Shown piece by piece: positions 1 through 10,241 of a stretch of DNA of 64,000 nt. The notes under the pieces are model-generated. The model saw nothing but the letters and a program-made list of their open reading frames with translations, made no database searches and was not told the DNA's origin. Every line of letters begins with the position of its first letter. The stretch's first letter is position 1. The DNA is from a virus. The stretch spans positions 1 through 64,000 of the IMG/VR virus record IMGVR_UViG_3300025816_000008. One strand, written 5' to 3'. Both the position numbers and the translations under genes were made by a program.

Positions 1-1
1 T

Positions 2-535
2 GGAACAGGTTTTACATCTGCAGCTTTATCTCAAGATGTTCTTATGACAAATGCCGGCGCGGTCACAATTCAAGAACATGCTGTAACCTATGATAAGATG
101 CAAGACATTGTAACTGCAAATAGAGTGCTTGGTAAAACATCAGCTGGAACAATTGAAGAAGTGCAAATTCAAACTGCTATGATATCAAATGATCAAGTAA
201 CTAACGATAAGCTAGCTAACATGCCGGCGAATACAGTTAAAGTAAATGCTACTGGTAGTGCAGCTGGACCGACAGATTTATTAATTGACGCAGATAGAGT
301 TCTTGGAAGAGATAGCATTGGAAATTTAAGTTCACTTCAAGTGACAGCTGGGATGATAGCACCTGGTGCTGCGGTGCCACCACAAGATGGTCATGCCAAT
401 CAATCTTTAATATCAAACGGTACATCGGCTGATTGGGCGCTTGTTACATCAACTAATTTGCATTCAGCTGTTACTTTAGTGATATATAATTCTGCTGGTA
501 CTGCTGTAAAGACTTTATACGGTGCGGGATCATAA
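2..535 (+). CDS. Tail fibre-like virion protein, C-terminal part (open at window start)
   Basis: Frame is open from base 2 (GTGFTSAALSQDVL-MTN...); fibre-type repeats AVTYDKMQD / QVTNDKLAN and RVLG; next to virion genes. Confidence 0.6.
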   Translation, partial: GTGFTSAALSQDVLMTNAGAVTIQEHAVTYDKMQDIVTANRVLGKTSAGTIEEVQIQTAMISNDQVTNDKLANMPANTVKVNATGSAAGPTDLLIDADRVLGRDSIGNLSSLQVTAGMIAPGAAVPPQDGHANQSLISNGTSADWALVTSTNLHSAVTLVIYNSAGTAVKTLYGAGS

Positions 536-538
536 ATT

Positions 539-1465
539 ATGGCAGTAAGAACTCCACTTAAACTTGATGGGAGTAATAATCTTATTGAGATGTCTACCGC
601 TGATATTGATAATATTAAATCTCAAATAATGTATTTGTATGGAACCAATCCGTCAGTTACATTATCTCAAGTTGCTACCGATGGTAGTTTAGATGCTATT
701 ACTGATACGAGGTTGCAAGCCGGGGCTATGAGTACTCATCCGGTTTCTACTCCAACAGAAGCAACCACGGCTGAACCGTCAACAGTAACTGTTACATATG
801 ATAGAATAGATGAGGCAACTGATGATACTACTGCATCAGTTGATACTAATAGTGTAGCATTTCCAATTTTTAATAATGGCGGAAATATTCAAGCGATGAC
901 TTTAACAGATATGTATGACACATTTATAAATCCAACCATTGATTTATTAATAGATGGCACTGATAGACCTGGAACATATAGAATTCATACCGCAACTACA
1001 TTAACTGATCATACTATTGTAAGCACAACGCCAGTTTATACCGATACTAGAGCTGACACAAGTTTGTACACGGCTGCAGGAATAACTGAAACATTAGATC
1101 AGCCAATTACTATTACAAACTTTTATTTATTTAAAACTAATTCTGGAGATGCAGTTGTACATCCGAAGCCAATATATATTAGAAATGCAGATGCTAATTT
1201 ACAAGAATATACTACAGCACAATCCGATGCGATATTATTAAATTGTATTCGTCACACTGCATCGGAAATAACAGGAAATAAAATACGATATAGAATGAAT
1301 GGAGCTGGGAATGCGCGAGGTTCAGGTATGACAAATACTATTTTAAATGGTTCTGGAGATTATCAAACTCGTTTTGTGAATGCTAATGACTATAGGGCAC
1401 AGGAATTTCCAGATGGTACTGCAGTAACAGCCGCGACGCACTATTTAAGAATTTATAAGGCATAA
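539..1465 (+). CDS. Putative virion structural (tail/fibre-associated) protein
   Basis: 308 aa, Thr/Asp/Ala-rich, tightly packed behind the fibre gene. Confidence 0.5.
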   Translation: MAVRTPLKLDGSNNLIEMSTADIDNIKSQIMYLYGTNPSVTLSQVATDGSLDAITDTRLQAGAMSTHPVSTPTEATTAEPSTVTVTYDRIDEATDDTTASVDTNSVAFPIFNNGGNIQAMTLTDMYDTFINPTIDLLIDGTDRPGTYRIHTATTLTDHTIVSTTPVYTDTRADTSLYTAAGITETLDQPITITNFYLFKTNSGDAVVHPKPIYIRNADANLQEYTTAQSDAILLNCIRHTASEITGNKIRYRMNGAGNARGSGMTNTILNGSGDYQTRFVNANDYRAQEFPDGTAVTAATHYLRIYKA

Positions 1466-1469
1466 CGAT

Positions 1470-2087
1470 ATGTTTAAAAAAGAAAATATAGTTGAAGTAA
1501 GATGGACAAATGAGCAACAGGACACTATTTTAGTATTAATAAAAGATGGTGACAATAACTATGAAACTTTTATTGAAACAAATTCTGTTCAACATAAACA
1601 ACTAATAGATGTCGGATGGGACAATGAAAAAATTACAGAGGCTAGTGCTGAATGGAAAAAAGAACAATCTAGGGCTTTACATGAAGCCTTAACATATAAC
1701 ACTAGAGTAAAAGTAAGAGAAGAGCTCGATAAAATAGAAAAAGAGCATGATAGAAATAAAGCTGAGCTCGATGCTAAAAGCCAGGATATCATTAATTCAT
1801 GGAACGAAAAAATTGAAAAACTTCAATTAGAATTTATTACAAAATATACTGGTGTTAAATTAATGCATGAAAAACAGTTAAAAGACGTAGAAAAAATTAA
1901 TGCATCTAAAAATTCAGGTGATAGTGTAATAGAATTTATAATGAAAAATAATAAAAATACAAGTATTGTTAAAACACAAATAGAAAAAATTAGTGAATTA
2001 CCACACGTTGCTGAAAATAAAACTCTTTTAAATAAAGTTAAAAAATCAAAAACTCTTCTAACGGTATTATCTCATATAGCAAAATGA
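1470..2087 (+). CDS. Hypothetical protein with central coiled coil; paralog of 3263..3754
   Basis: N-term VRWTNEQQDTI resembles AHFIDEQRMNV of 3263..3754; C-terminal helices similar. Confidence 0.45.
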   Translation: MFKKENIVEVRWTNEQQDTILVLIKDGDNNYETFIETNSVQHKQLIDVGWDNEKITEASAEWKKEQSRALHEALTYNTRVKVREELDKIEKEHDRNKAELDAKSQDIINSWNEKIEKLQLEFITKYTGVKLMHEKQLKDVEKINASKNSGDSVIEFIMKNNKNTSIVKTQIEKISELPHVAENKTLLNKVKKSKTLLTVLSHIAK

Positions 2088-2659
2088 ATATAATTTTTGT
2101 GAAGTGGGGTACTAAATACTCTAGTGATGATGTAAATAAATTATACCAATCTTTAAATCAGTATGCAGATAATGCCTTTTATTGCTATACCGAAGATTCA
2201 TCTAATATCAATTCAAATATTAATATTATAGATATTCCACCTAAACCAGCTTTAAAAAAATGGTGGAATAAACTAGCAATGTTTAATAAAGACTTTCCTA
2301 TTCAAGGAAATAACATGTTTTTTGATTTAGATTTAAATATCAATTCAAATCCATTCTACGTATTAGATAAAGTGAATTGGGATACTTTGACTATGGTTAG
2401 TCGAGAAGATAAAATTGATATGCTAAATCATTCACATCATCATTTTAACGTTTCTGTTAATTCATCAGTTCTTTGTTGGAATAGCAATAACAAAAAAATA
2501 CATGAAATTTGGAATAAATTTATTAGTTCTGGTTTAAAGGATTATTATTTAAGAAAATACGTAGGAATAGATAGATATATTGTTCATGAAGAATTTGAGC
2601 ATTCTACATTTCCATTTGATTATATAAGAGATGAAGTGATTACACATGCAAAACGTTGA
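2084..2659 (+). CDS. Glycosyltransferase (GT-A fold)
   Basis: N-term IIFVKWGTKYSxxxVNKL, WWNKLxxF, DxD motif FFDLD, VNSSV. Confidence 0.75.
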   Translation: MNIIFVKWGTKYSSDDVNKLYQSLNQYADNAFYCYTEDSSNINSNINIIDIPPKPALKKWWNKLAMFNKDFPIQGNNMFFDLDLNINSNPFYVLDKVNWDTLTMVSREDKIDMLNHSHHHFNVSVNSSVLCWNSNNKKIHEIWNKFISSGLKDYYLRKYVGIDRYIVHEEFEHSTFPFDYIRDEVITHAKR

Positions 2660-3263
2660 AATATTAAGTAACGGTCTTTCAGCCGTCGAAAAACTTTATG
2701 ATCAATCGATGTACGGCCATGTCGATTTGTTCAGAATAAAAGATTTAGTTCATTCACTTAAGCCTAATCATTGGATTGGTAAACAATGGTTAGTTGATGA
2801 GCTTTTAAAAGTTTACGATGGAGATGGAATTATACATTGCGCAGGTGGATGGTATGGTTTAATAGCGTATTTAATAAAGCAAAAGTTTCAAAACAATACA
2901 GTTATTTCTTCAGATATTGATGAATATTGTTCAACTTTAGGTAAAGTATTATTTAAAGACAAGGGTATTAATTTTTATGATATGGACATGGCTATAGCCA
3001 GTATTAAAGGCGGAGATGTTTTCATTACTACAAGTGGAGAGCACATTGACAAAGAAGATTTAGTTAGTATAATCAATATGTGTAGTTATAAATACATCGT
3101 AATACAATCGAATGATTATTTTGAAGTGGATTCTCATATTAACTGTTCAGAAAACTTAGAAGAATTTAAGAATTATCTACAACCAACACTATCTAAAATT
3201 TATTACTGCGGTGAATTAAACTTAGGTAAATATAATAGATTTATGATAATAGGAGAAAAATAA
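2646..3263 (+). CDS. Class I SAM-dependent methyltransferase-like protein
   Basis: Motif I-like IHCAGGWYG, acidic SSDID after strand 2, ITTSGEH. Confidence 0.65.
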   Translation: MQNVEILSNGLSAVEKLYDQSMYGHVDLFRIKDLVHSLKPNHWIGKQWLVDELLKVYDGDGIIHCAGGWYGLIAYLIKQKFQNNTVISSDIDEYCSTLGKVLFKDKGINFYDMDMAIASIKGGDVFITTSGEHIDKEDLVSIINMCSYKYIVIQSNDYFEVDSHINCSENLEEFKNYLQPTLSKIYYCGELNLGKYNRFMIIGEK

Positions 3264-3754
3264 TGAAAGACCATAAATTTGTAACAGCTCATTTTATTGA
3301 TGAGCAAAGAATGAATGTACAATCATATTGGCTCAATGAGGAGACTTCTGATATTATTGAAAACATCACCGAAGTGAAAAAATGCAATGCGGCTTGGAAC
3401 GAGTTATTAACTCATATTACTATCGATAAAATACATGAGAATACATATGAAAATATTAGAGCTTCAGATCTTGCCTTTAAAGATCTAGTAGTAGATATTG
3501 CAAAAGAGAGAAATCTAGTTTATGACAAGGCTGATATAATGTCAGCTGACGTGTGGAAAGTAATTGCTGGTGTATTTGTTAAATTTAATCCAGAGAAAAA
3601 AGAAGAATTGTTTTTCTTAAAAATGGAATTATTTGAAAATGAAATTATAAAACAATGTACTGATCGAGAACTGAAAAAAGATTTAAGAAAAGCTACGGAT
3701 TTTGTTTCTGCGATTGAAGTTGCTTGTAAAATGTATAGATTAGTCGAAGGATAA
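3263..3754 (+). CDS. Hypothetical protein; paralog of 1470..2087
   Basis: Stop/start overlap (TAATG) with upstream gene; similar N- and C-termini to 1470..2087. Confidence 0.5.
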   Translation: MKDHKFVTAHFIDEQRMNVQSYWLNEETSDIIENITEVKKCNAAWNELLTHITIDKIHENTYENIRASDLAFKDLVVDIAKERNLVYDKADIMSADVWKVIAGVFVKFNPEKKEELFFLKMELFENEIIKQCTDRELKKDLRKATDFVSAIEVACKMYRLVEG

Positions 3755-4534
3755 ACCAAATTCTTTATTGACATGATGAATAAAATATGCCGCTTCGTTT
3801 ACATTTGGATATAAAGGATCTAATATAAAATTCCACTGTATTTCTAAATCGTTATGCGGAACGTTATATCTTTCAAGGAGATAGCTAATAAAGACTTCGT
3901 TGTTATGAAAAAAGTATTTAGATATTTCTTCTGGAAACATACAATCAGTTTGAGCTTCATTTAGCATAATTTTCATTTCTTCTAAGTGTCTAGAAAATTC
4001 TAGTTTTTTTATAGACTGAGAATCTCCAATTATCACTCCAGTATTATAAAGTTTATTATGTCCAGATATCCCATCTAATAATAACATAGAATTTTTTGCA
4101 GCTGTTTTACAAAAAACGCTATGTTGATCAAACAAGTGTAGATGATCTTTATTATTTTTATTTCGAATTTCCCATGCAATTTCTTTTTTAGTTAATTCTC
4201 TTTTTAAAGGATGCATTGATATTTTAGTTAAATCTACTGATTGAAAAATATCTTTAAAGATATGTGGAACAATATCAAAATCTAAGTATAATATCTCATC
4301 ATACTCTTCAGCATATTTTTCAAGTAGAAATATTTTTTCAAACTGAATTGAATCATAATTAGTAATGTCTGTTTCATGCAAAACGTATTCAGCATTACAT
4401 TTTTCAGCATATGCGCGTTGAGTTTCTTTAAGGTTATCTTTATATTTTATAAATTGAGATAACTTATATTTGTTCGTACTTATTGCTGTCTGCTCAACAC
4501 AGCCGTTATATATGCTATAAACAATTCTTTTCAT
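3740..4534 (-). CDS. Glycosyltransferase (GT-A fold)
   Basis: YDEILYLDFD DxD motif, YNTGV, WNF, C-terminal FIHHVNK; paralog of adjacent gene. Confidence 0.75.
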   Translation of the reverse strand: MKRIVYSIYNGCVEQTAISTNKYKLSQFIKYKDNLKETQRAYAEKCNAEYVLHETDITNYDSIQFEKIFLLEKYAEEYDEILYLDFDIVPHIFKDIFQSVDLTKISMHPLKRELTKKEIAWEIRNKNNKDHLHLFDQHSVFCKTAAKNSMLLLDGISGHNKLYNTGVIIGDSQSIKKLEFSRHLEEMKIMLNEAQTDCMFPEEISKYFFHNNEVFISYLLERYNVPHNDLEIQWNFILDPLYPNVNEAAYFIHHVNKEFGLSFD

Positions 4535-5438
4535 ACCAAACCTTTGCCCACTTAAATTCTTTATTGATTATATGTATGAATGCAGTTTTCTCAGGAACAA
4601 AATTAAAATTGTCCATGAACCAATGCCACTTTCTATTTATTTTATTAATTTTAACATTATTTTCATAGCATTTTACTGCAAACAATGTTTCATTATCCCA
4701 TCCAAATATTTCTTGAATATACTTAGGCCATAATGAAAATTCGTCTTCTCTTAATTCCGTCATTATCTCTAAGTACTCATCAAACTTATCAAAATAATTT
4801 AACTCTTCTAGTTGTGTTTTTGTTATGCCAACGATACCGGTATTAAACACACATATTTCTTTCGGAGCTTGAAATGTTAATTCTTGCATCATTGCCCTTG
4901 AATTCCAGTATTTAGCAGTAGGACTTCTTACACTTGCATATTTTCTTCCATCTAAACGATCAGCTTCTAATCTGCGTATAGTATCCGGATTATCTAATTC
5001 ATCCTGCACGCCTATAGCATAAGGTCTTTCGGCTCTAATAACTATTCCGGCTGTTAAATTCCATGCATCAAAAAAATTCTCTTTCGTAATAGGAAGAACA
5101 TCAAGATCTAAATATAATATTTCTTCAAATTCTTCTTTAAGAACGTACATAAGATGAATTTTATAAAAATTAACAATGTTATACGTAGTTAAGAATGGAT
5201 ATTTTCGTTTATATTCACTATCAAATGCTTTCCATTGATCATCATATTGATATAATCTATATTCTATTCCAATAGAATCGGCGTATGATCTTTGTCTTTC
5301 AGCTAACCAGTTTTTATATAGAGCAAATTCTCTTTTTGATTTATCATTTTTAGATTCGGTTTCTCCTTTAAACGGAGGCTGCCAATCTAATTCTTTTTCT
5401 GGTATATCAATATATATGCTAAAGATAATTCTTTTCAT
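4515..5438 (-). CDS. Glycosyltransferase (GT-A fold)
   Basis: EEILYLDLD DxD motif, FNTGI, DNETLF, FIHIINK; N-term MKRIIFSIY matches MKRIVYSIY of neighbour. Confidence 0.75.
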   Translation of the reverse strand: MKRIIFSIYIDIPEKELDWQPPFKGETESKNDKSKREFALYKNWLAERQRSYADSIGIEYRLYQYDDQWKAFDSEYKRKYPFLTTYNIVNFYKIHLMYVLKEEFEEILYLDLDVLPITKENFFDAWNLTAGIVIRAERPYAIGVQDELDNPDTIRRLEADRLDGRKYASVRSPTAKYWNSRAMMQELTFQAPKEICVFNTGIVGITKTQLEELNYFDKFDEYLEIMTELREDEFSLWPKYIQEIFGWDNETLFAVKCYENNVKINKINRKWHWFMDNFNFVPEKTAFIHIINKEFKWAKVWYEKNCL

Positions 5439-5474
5439 TATTATTCCTCGTAATATTATATCATATATATATGA

Positions 5475-6146
5475 ATGACAGAAGGACTTAGTTTGGAAAA
5501 TTATAATAACACCGTTGTAATAACTGCTGATAGAAATGGAAGTACTGCTTTTATTGAAAGCATAAAAAGAAATAACTATAATAGCACAGTTGAAATAAAT
5601 TTAGGAGAATGTTTTAGTCAAGATTATGGAAACCCAAGTCCCAAATTTTGGAATGAGCAAATATATAAGCCACCCCAAGTTATTGATGCTATTAATATTG
5701 GTACCGGAAAACGAGTGATAGTGAAATGTTTAATAACTTGGAAAAATTTTAATGAGTCTTATTTTGATATAAAATCTAAAAGAAAAATATTTTTATATCG
5801 AAATATGTTTGACAGCTCTTTGAGTAATTGTTTGGGCCAAAAAATTGGAACTTGGCACAATGATATGAGTACTGATACGCATACTATATCCAAAGAATTT
5901 TTTATTACAGTATTAGAATATCGAATAAAAAAATATAATAAGTTTTTAGATAAAATTTTAGATTGGACGAATGAAATTGTATTATACGAGGAATATAATT
6001 TTAAAAGAAATATACCACTAAGAAAACATCCAGACAGAAAGAAAATTGTTAGTAACTATGATGATCTAAAAGAAATATACAATGAATATGCGCATACTAT
6101 TAATACTATAGAAAATGATATATTGCTTGCTAAAGCAACACTTTAG
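5475..6146 (+). CDS. Sulfotransferase-like protein (P-loop/PAPS type)
   Basis: 5'-PSB-like VITADRNGSTAF, 3'-PB-like LYRNMFDSSLS, VLYEE; paralog of 13126..13821. Confidence 0.55.
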   Translation: MTEGLSLENYNNTVVITADRNGSTAFIESIKRNNYNSTVEINLGECFSQDYGNPSPKFWNEQIYKPPQVIDAINIGTGKRVIVKCLITWKNFNESYFDIKSKRKIFLYRNMFDSSLSNCLGQKIGTWHNDMSTDTHTISKEFFITVLEYRIKKYNKFLDKILDWTNEIVLYEEYNFKRNIPLRKHPDRKKIVSNYDDLKEIYNEYAHTINTIENDILLAKATL

Positions 6147-6161
6147 CGAAAGGATATAAAA

Positions 6162-6701
6162 ATGGTTAACAAAAAATTTACAACTGCATTATATGGCAGT
6201 TTAAAAAGACTAGTATGGGCAGATCATTTTTATGAAGGAGATTTATCCTTTTTAAATAACAGCTTTGATTCACCAGGAAAAGTTCTAGAATATTTACCGG
6301 TGTACGAATATATGTTTAATCAAAATAATAAATTCTATGTTGGCGATTTAGACCCTGAAGATATAAACGATTATCAATACAATCATTCATATGATTTAGT
6401 ACAAAAATATTTAAAACCTAATCCATATTACCGTGAAAAATATATAACTTCTTCTTGGATATTAGCAAGTGATAATAAAAATAATAAAGATCCTGCATAT
6501 TTAAAAAAAGTTCTTCAAGTTAAAGCAGAATTAGTTGATGTAATTGATTTAGGTGATAGTCGGAATTTTGACAATGTAAGTGAAATAATTAGGAAAATTA
6601 AAATTATTCAACAATCAAAATGCTATATCGGATCCTATGGATCTTGGGAAAATATTACGCGAATATACAATAAGCCGATTGCAGTATTATACCCCACGTG
6701 A
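6162..6701 (+). CDS. Hypothetical protein, possible degenerate GT-B (GT9-like) domain
   Basis: C-term KIIQQSKCYIGSYGSW...YNKPIAVLY resembles the GT9 C-terminal motif. Confidence 0.35.
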   Translation: MVNKKFTTALYGSLKRLVWADHFYEGDLSFLNNSFDSPGKVLEYLPVYEYMFNQNNKFYVGDLDPEDINDYQYNHSYDLVQKYLKPNPYYREKYITSSWILASDNKNNKDPAYLKKVLQVKAELVDVIDLGDSRNFDNVSEIIRKIKIIQQSKCYIGSYGSWENITRIYNKPIAVLYPT

Positions 6702-7721
6702 TATCGTTGTTCCATCAACTGAATCTAAATACCAAACTTCTATTAAATTAATTAAATTTTCGGCTTCACTATAGTTACGATAACCTTTAACTTTTTTAAT
6801 CTCTTTATTTAAATATAAAATAATTTTTTGTAAATCCTTAGAAGAAGAATGTTTTATCGTGACATGCGTTGGATATAGAACTGTGTTATACCATAAAGTG
6901 CAATTATGTTTTTCAGTGAATCGTACAAATTCAATCATTTCTTCCCAATTCATGTTCATTGGATTTACCATAATTGAAAGATTTCTTTTGTTACTATGAC
7001 AATATTCTTTAAATATTTTAAAATATTTCATTAGTGTATCAAAAGAACCGTTTATACGAATTTCTTCATATCTTCGAGGTATTAAACTGTCTATACTAAT
7101 GTTTAAATGGATATTGCATTTATCAAGAATACCTTGAACTCTTTTGTTATAAACCGTTCCATTTGTCGCAATGTTAACCTTCAATTCCGGTTTTAATTCT
7201 CCAACAATATCAAGAAGATCGAGCAATATTTTTTGCGCAAAAGGTTCACCGCCGTTTACTCTCAACTCTGTGAGGTGTGGTATAAATTCTTTCATTTGTT
7301 CTAAAAACGTATTATCAAAGATTTGCGGTAATGGTGGAAGCTTATCTCTGTTCTTTCGAATACCACTACTTAAAATTCCACTACACATAATACATTCTAG
7401 ATTGCATTGATTGCTTAATTCAATTTCCATCATGGAAGGCATATTATTTACTGGATAATTCTGATATGCTTTTGCAAGAGGCCATACGCCGTCATCAATA
7501 TCTTTTTTACATTCAATACATCTATTTAAAAATTTATTTTCCTGTAAAGCATCTCGATATTTCTGGAACTTATCACCTTTCCATATATCCATTAGTGATC
7601 TGTCTTTGCCCCACATATCACACGATCCTGGAAGTTTCCAACAAGGAGCTACTCTACCAGTAAGTTGAATATACATGTTATTGAAAGGTGCATTACATGG
7701 TGTTGTTTGACCGTAACTCAT
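6687..7721 (-). CDS. Radical SAM enzyme with N-terminal SPASM/twitch-like domain
   Basis: CNLECIMC (CxxxCxxC), GGEPF, TNGT, ISIDS; N-term C...GRVAPCW...CIEC. Confidence 0.85.
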   Translation of the reverse strand: MSYGQTTPCNAPFNNMYIQLTGRVAPCWKLPGSCDMWGKDRSLMDIWKGDKFQKYRDALQENKFLNRCIECKKDIDDGVWPLAKAYQNYPVNNMPSMMEIELSNQCNLECIMCSGILSSGIRKNRDKLPPLPQIFDNTFLEQMKEFIPHLTELRVNGGEPFAQKILLDLLDIVGELKPELKVNIATNGTVYNKRVQGILDKCNIHLNISIDSLIPRRYEEIRINGSFDTLMKYFKIFKEYCHSNKRNLSIMVNPMNMNWEEMIEFVRFTEKHNCTLWYNTVLYPTHVTIKHSSSKDLQKIILYLNKEIKKVKGYRNYSEAENLINLIEVWYLDSVDGTTISRGV

Positions 7722-8814
7722 TTTCTAATATCTCATTCCATTTAGGAAACGCTGTTGCAAAATCATTGTTTCTCATTTTATCATATTTAGTTATATGAGC
7801 ATAAAACTTATTTATGTGGTTTTCTCCGTCAAGCATCATGCGTCTCATGATTTTTTTTATTCTTTCATCTTGAGTATCTTTAAATTTATTGCAAATAATT
7901 TCTTTTACATCTATTGGTAAATTAGCTATGTTTAAATATGAAGGACTTTCTACATATTGAATTGATACCGGTGTGTTGAAATCATCTGCATATTCTAAAA
8001 ATTCATCGATGTAATATATATTATACCAATTCATGGTGCAGTTAAACATGATTTTACCATAAAAGTTTTTTGTAAATTTGATAAAGTTTTTTTCAATAAT
8101 ATTAAAATCAGATCCTTCTCTTTGATAATCATTTCTTTCGTAAATATCATCTAAACTAATTCGAATATCTAAATTAGATAAAGATTTTAATTGATTTACA
8201 AACTTATCATTCCAATGCGTGCCATTTGTTACCATTAAAGTTTTAATTTTATTAAGACCATGTTTATCAATATAAGTCATAATCTTTTTAATTTCTTCGT
8301 TTACAAAAGGTTCTCCACCCGCAAAAAGAATATATTTAGCGTCATTCAACCATTCATTTACGATTGGCTCATGATGTGTATCTATGATTTTGTGTTTTAG
8401 AAAATGTTTACGTACTTCAATTGTTTCAGTTTCTTTTGCTATTTGACTTGAATTAAATGATCCGCACATCCTACATTTTAAATTGCAAACATTTGTAGTT
8501 TTAAATTCAAAATATATTGGATTATCTTCTACTATAGGAGAGTTAAATTTTTTATCTTTGGCCCATCCATTAATTACACTTCTTAAACTTTCATTGCCTG
8601 ATTCTTCAGCAGTCCAACAGTCAGAACATGCTGCAGGTTTTTCATCATTTAAAAATTGAGTTCTTAAATCTTGAAAGTTTTGATTGTTCCAGCCTTCATC
8701 TATTCTTTCATTATCTAAATTTGATAAAGGTGTTTTATATCGACAACACGGGAGTAGTACCCCTCTTGGATCTATAGAAATATGAGTGAACGGAGCAGCG
8801 CAGAAATTTTTCAT
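7693..8814 (-). CDS. Radical SAM enzyme with N-terminal SPASM/twitch-like domain
   Basis: CNLKCRMC, GGEPF, TNGT, ISLD; N-term FCAAPF...LPCC...CSDC; start moved to ATG 8814 (ATGA overlap with upstream stop). Confidence 0.85.
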   Translation of the reverse strand: MKNFCAAPFTHISIDPRGVLLPCCRYKTPLSNLDNERIDEGWNNQNFQDLRTQFLNDEKPAACSDCWTAEESGNESLRSVINGWAKDKKFNSPIVEDNPIYFEFKTTNVCNLKCRMCGSFNSSQIAKETETIEVRKHFLKHKIIDTHHEPIVNEWLNDAKYILFAGGEPFVNEEIKKIMTYIDKHGLNKIKTLMVTNGTHWNDKFVNQLKSLSNLDIRISLDDIYERNDYQREGSDFNIIEKNFIKFTKNFYGKIMFNCTMNWYNIYYIDEFLEYADDFNTPVSIQYVESPSYLNIANLPIDVKEIICNKFKDTQDERIKKIMRRMMLDGENHINKFYAHITKYDKMRNNDFATAFPKWNEILENELRSNNTM

Positions 8815-9203
8815 CTTTCGACAGTACAATGCTTTTTGCAAACATGTGGAGCGGTGTTCCAATCTTCTCTTAATTCTTCTAATTCATTATACCAATCAGA
8901 ATTTAAAATTTGTAAAATACTTTTATTATCTAGATTATATTCATCTTCATTTTCTATATATGTTTTATACATTGGATTACGATCTTCAACTCCAGTAGCA
9001 ATAGCTTCAGAATTTTGTAAACCGTTTTGTATAGATTCTTGATCGGTATTTCTAGGATCAATAGTTCCTTTCTTAGGATAACCAAATTGTTTTGCAACAT
9101 ATATTGTATTTGCAAAAAAACAACAAGGATAGACTTGACCATCTGGGTTTACGTTATATTCATTATTATTAAAGAAAGAACATCTTATTTCTTTAGTTTT
9201 CAT
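8811..9203 (-). CDS. Stand-alone SPASM-like Fe-S protein
   Basis: C...VNPDGQVYPCC...SILQILNSDWY...CKKHC; no radical SAM motif. Confidence 0.7.
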   Translation of the reverse strand: MKTKEIRCSFFNNNEYNVNPDGQVYPCCFFANTIYVAKQFGYPKKGTIDPRNTDQESIQNGLQNSEAIATGVEDRNPMYKTYIENEDEYNLDNKSILQILNSDWYNELEELREDWNTAPHVCKKHCTVER

Positions 9204-9946
9204 ACTAGTATCCTTTTTGCTTCAAGCAAATTGTCTGTTTCTTTTGTTAGAAGCAATTCAGTAAATTTTGTAATTTTTTCTGGAGCGTATAAAGTTTCTA
9301 CTTTATCTTCGTACACGAATTTAAATGGGTCTAAGTTTCTATTGAATCTATTTGACGGACAAATATACATGTAGCAAGCACCATTGTCGTATGCTAATTT
9401 TGCTATTTTTTTAATATCATTTTCATTATGTTTAAATACCACAGTATATACTTTTGCCTCTGAGCCTGATTCAGTAAAAGCTTTCATATGAAGTAGAACT
9501 TTATCGAGTTCAGTTTTTCTTCTATAAGTGGCATGCTGTTCTTGAGTAGCTCCATCTATAGCAAAGACTACAGTTAGTCTGAGATTATATTTATAATTTA
9601 AGGTTCCTAAATTCCACCAAAATTCTTCATTTCTCATACTGCCATTTGTATTAATTAAAATTTTAACTCGTCTTGAACTTTCTAAAATATATGTAATTAT
9701 TTCTAAAATATCTTTATTCATCATTGGATCACCCCATGTACCACATAGGATAATTTGTTTGTACAAATAAAAATCTCGTGTAGGGAATCTTTTTTGAAAG
9801 GTTTCCAATGACCATTGTACAAGAGGAAGCCAATAGTTTTTCTTAGAAATATCTTCTTGATCTGTTCTATGGCATTGTGGACATGCAGCATTACAATAAG
9901 TAGATAAATCGACCATTGGTTTTAGTCTCTTTATTTTATAAGGCAT
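9200..9946 (-). CDS. Radical SAM enzyme (core domain only)
   Basis: CNAACPQC, CGTWGDP, TNGS, FAIDG, VFKHNE. Confidence 0.85.
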   Translation of the reverse strand: MPYKIKRLKPMVDLSTYCNAACPQCHRTDQEDISKKNYWLPLVQWSLETFQKRFPTRDFYLYKQIILCGTWGDPMMNKDILEIITYILESSRRVKILINTNGSMRNEEFWWNLGTLNYKYNLRLTVVFAIDGATQEQHATYRRKTELDKVLLHMKAFTESGSEAKVYTVVFKHNENDIKKIAKLAYDNGACYMYICPSNRFNRNLDPFKFVYEDKVETLYAPEKITKFTELLLTKETDNLLEAKRILV

Positions 9947-9947
9947 A

Positions 9948-10241
9948 TCATTTCTTTCTTTTAAGTCTGGTGATTTCTTTTATTTTATCACCATTACAAT
10001 AAATATAACAAATCTTTGCACCATTGCCATGTTTTAATTTATTATAAAAATTAATCCATTCTTTTGATTCTATTACATCTTCAATCTTTTCAATGTTAGT
10101 TAACTTAAACTTTTCTTTGACAAGATCTTTCATATCACCTTCAAAAAGTTCAGGACGGTCGGCCCAACAACACGGTAATATATATCCACGAGCAGTGTGA
10201 CCTAATTGATGATCAGCATTTAGACATTTTGGAACTACCAT
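9948..10241 (-). CDS. Stand-alone SPASM-like Fe-S protein
   Basis: PKC...ARGYILPCCW...IEDVIESKEW...CYIYC. Confidence 0.7.
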   Translation of the reverse strand: MVVPKCLNADHQLGHTARGYILPCCWADRPELFEGDMKDLVKEKFKLTNIEKIEDVIESKEWINFYNKLKHGNGAKICYIYCNGDKIKEITRLKRKK

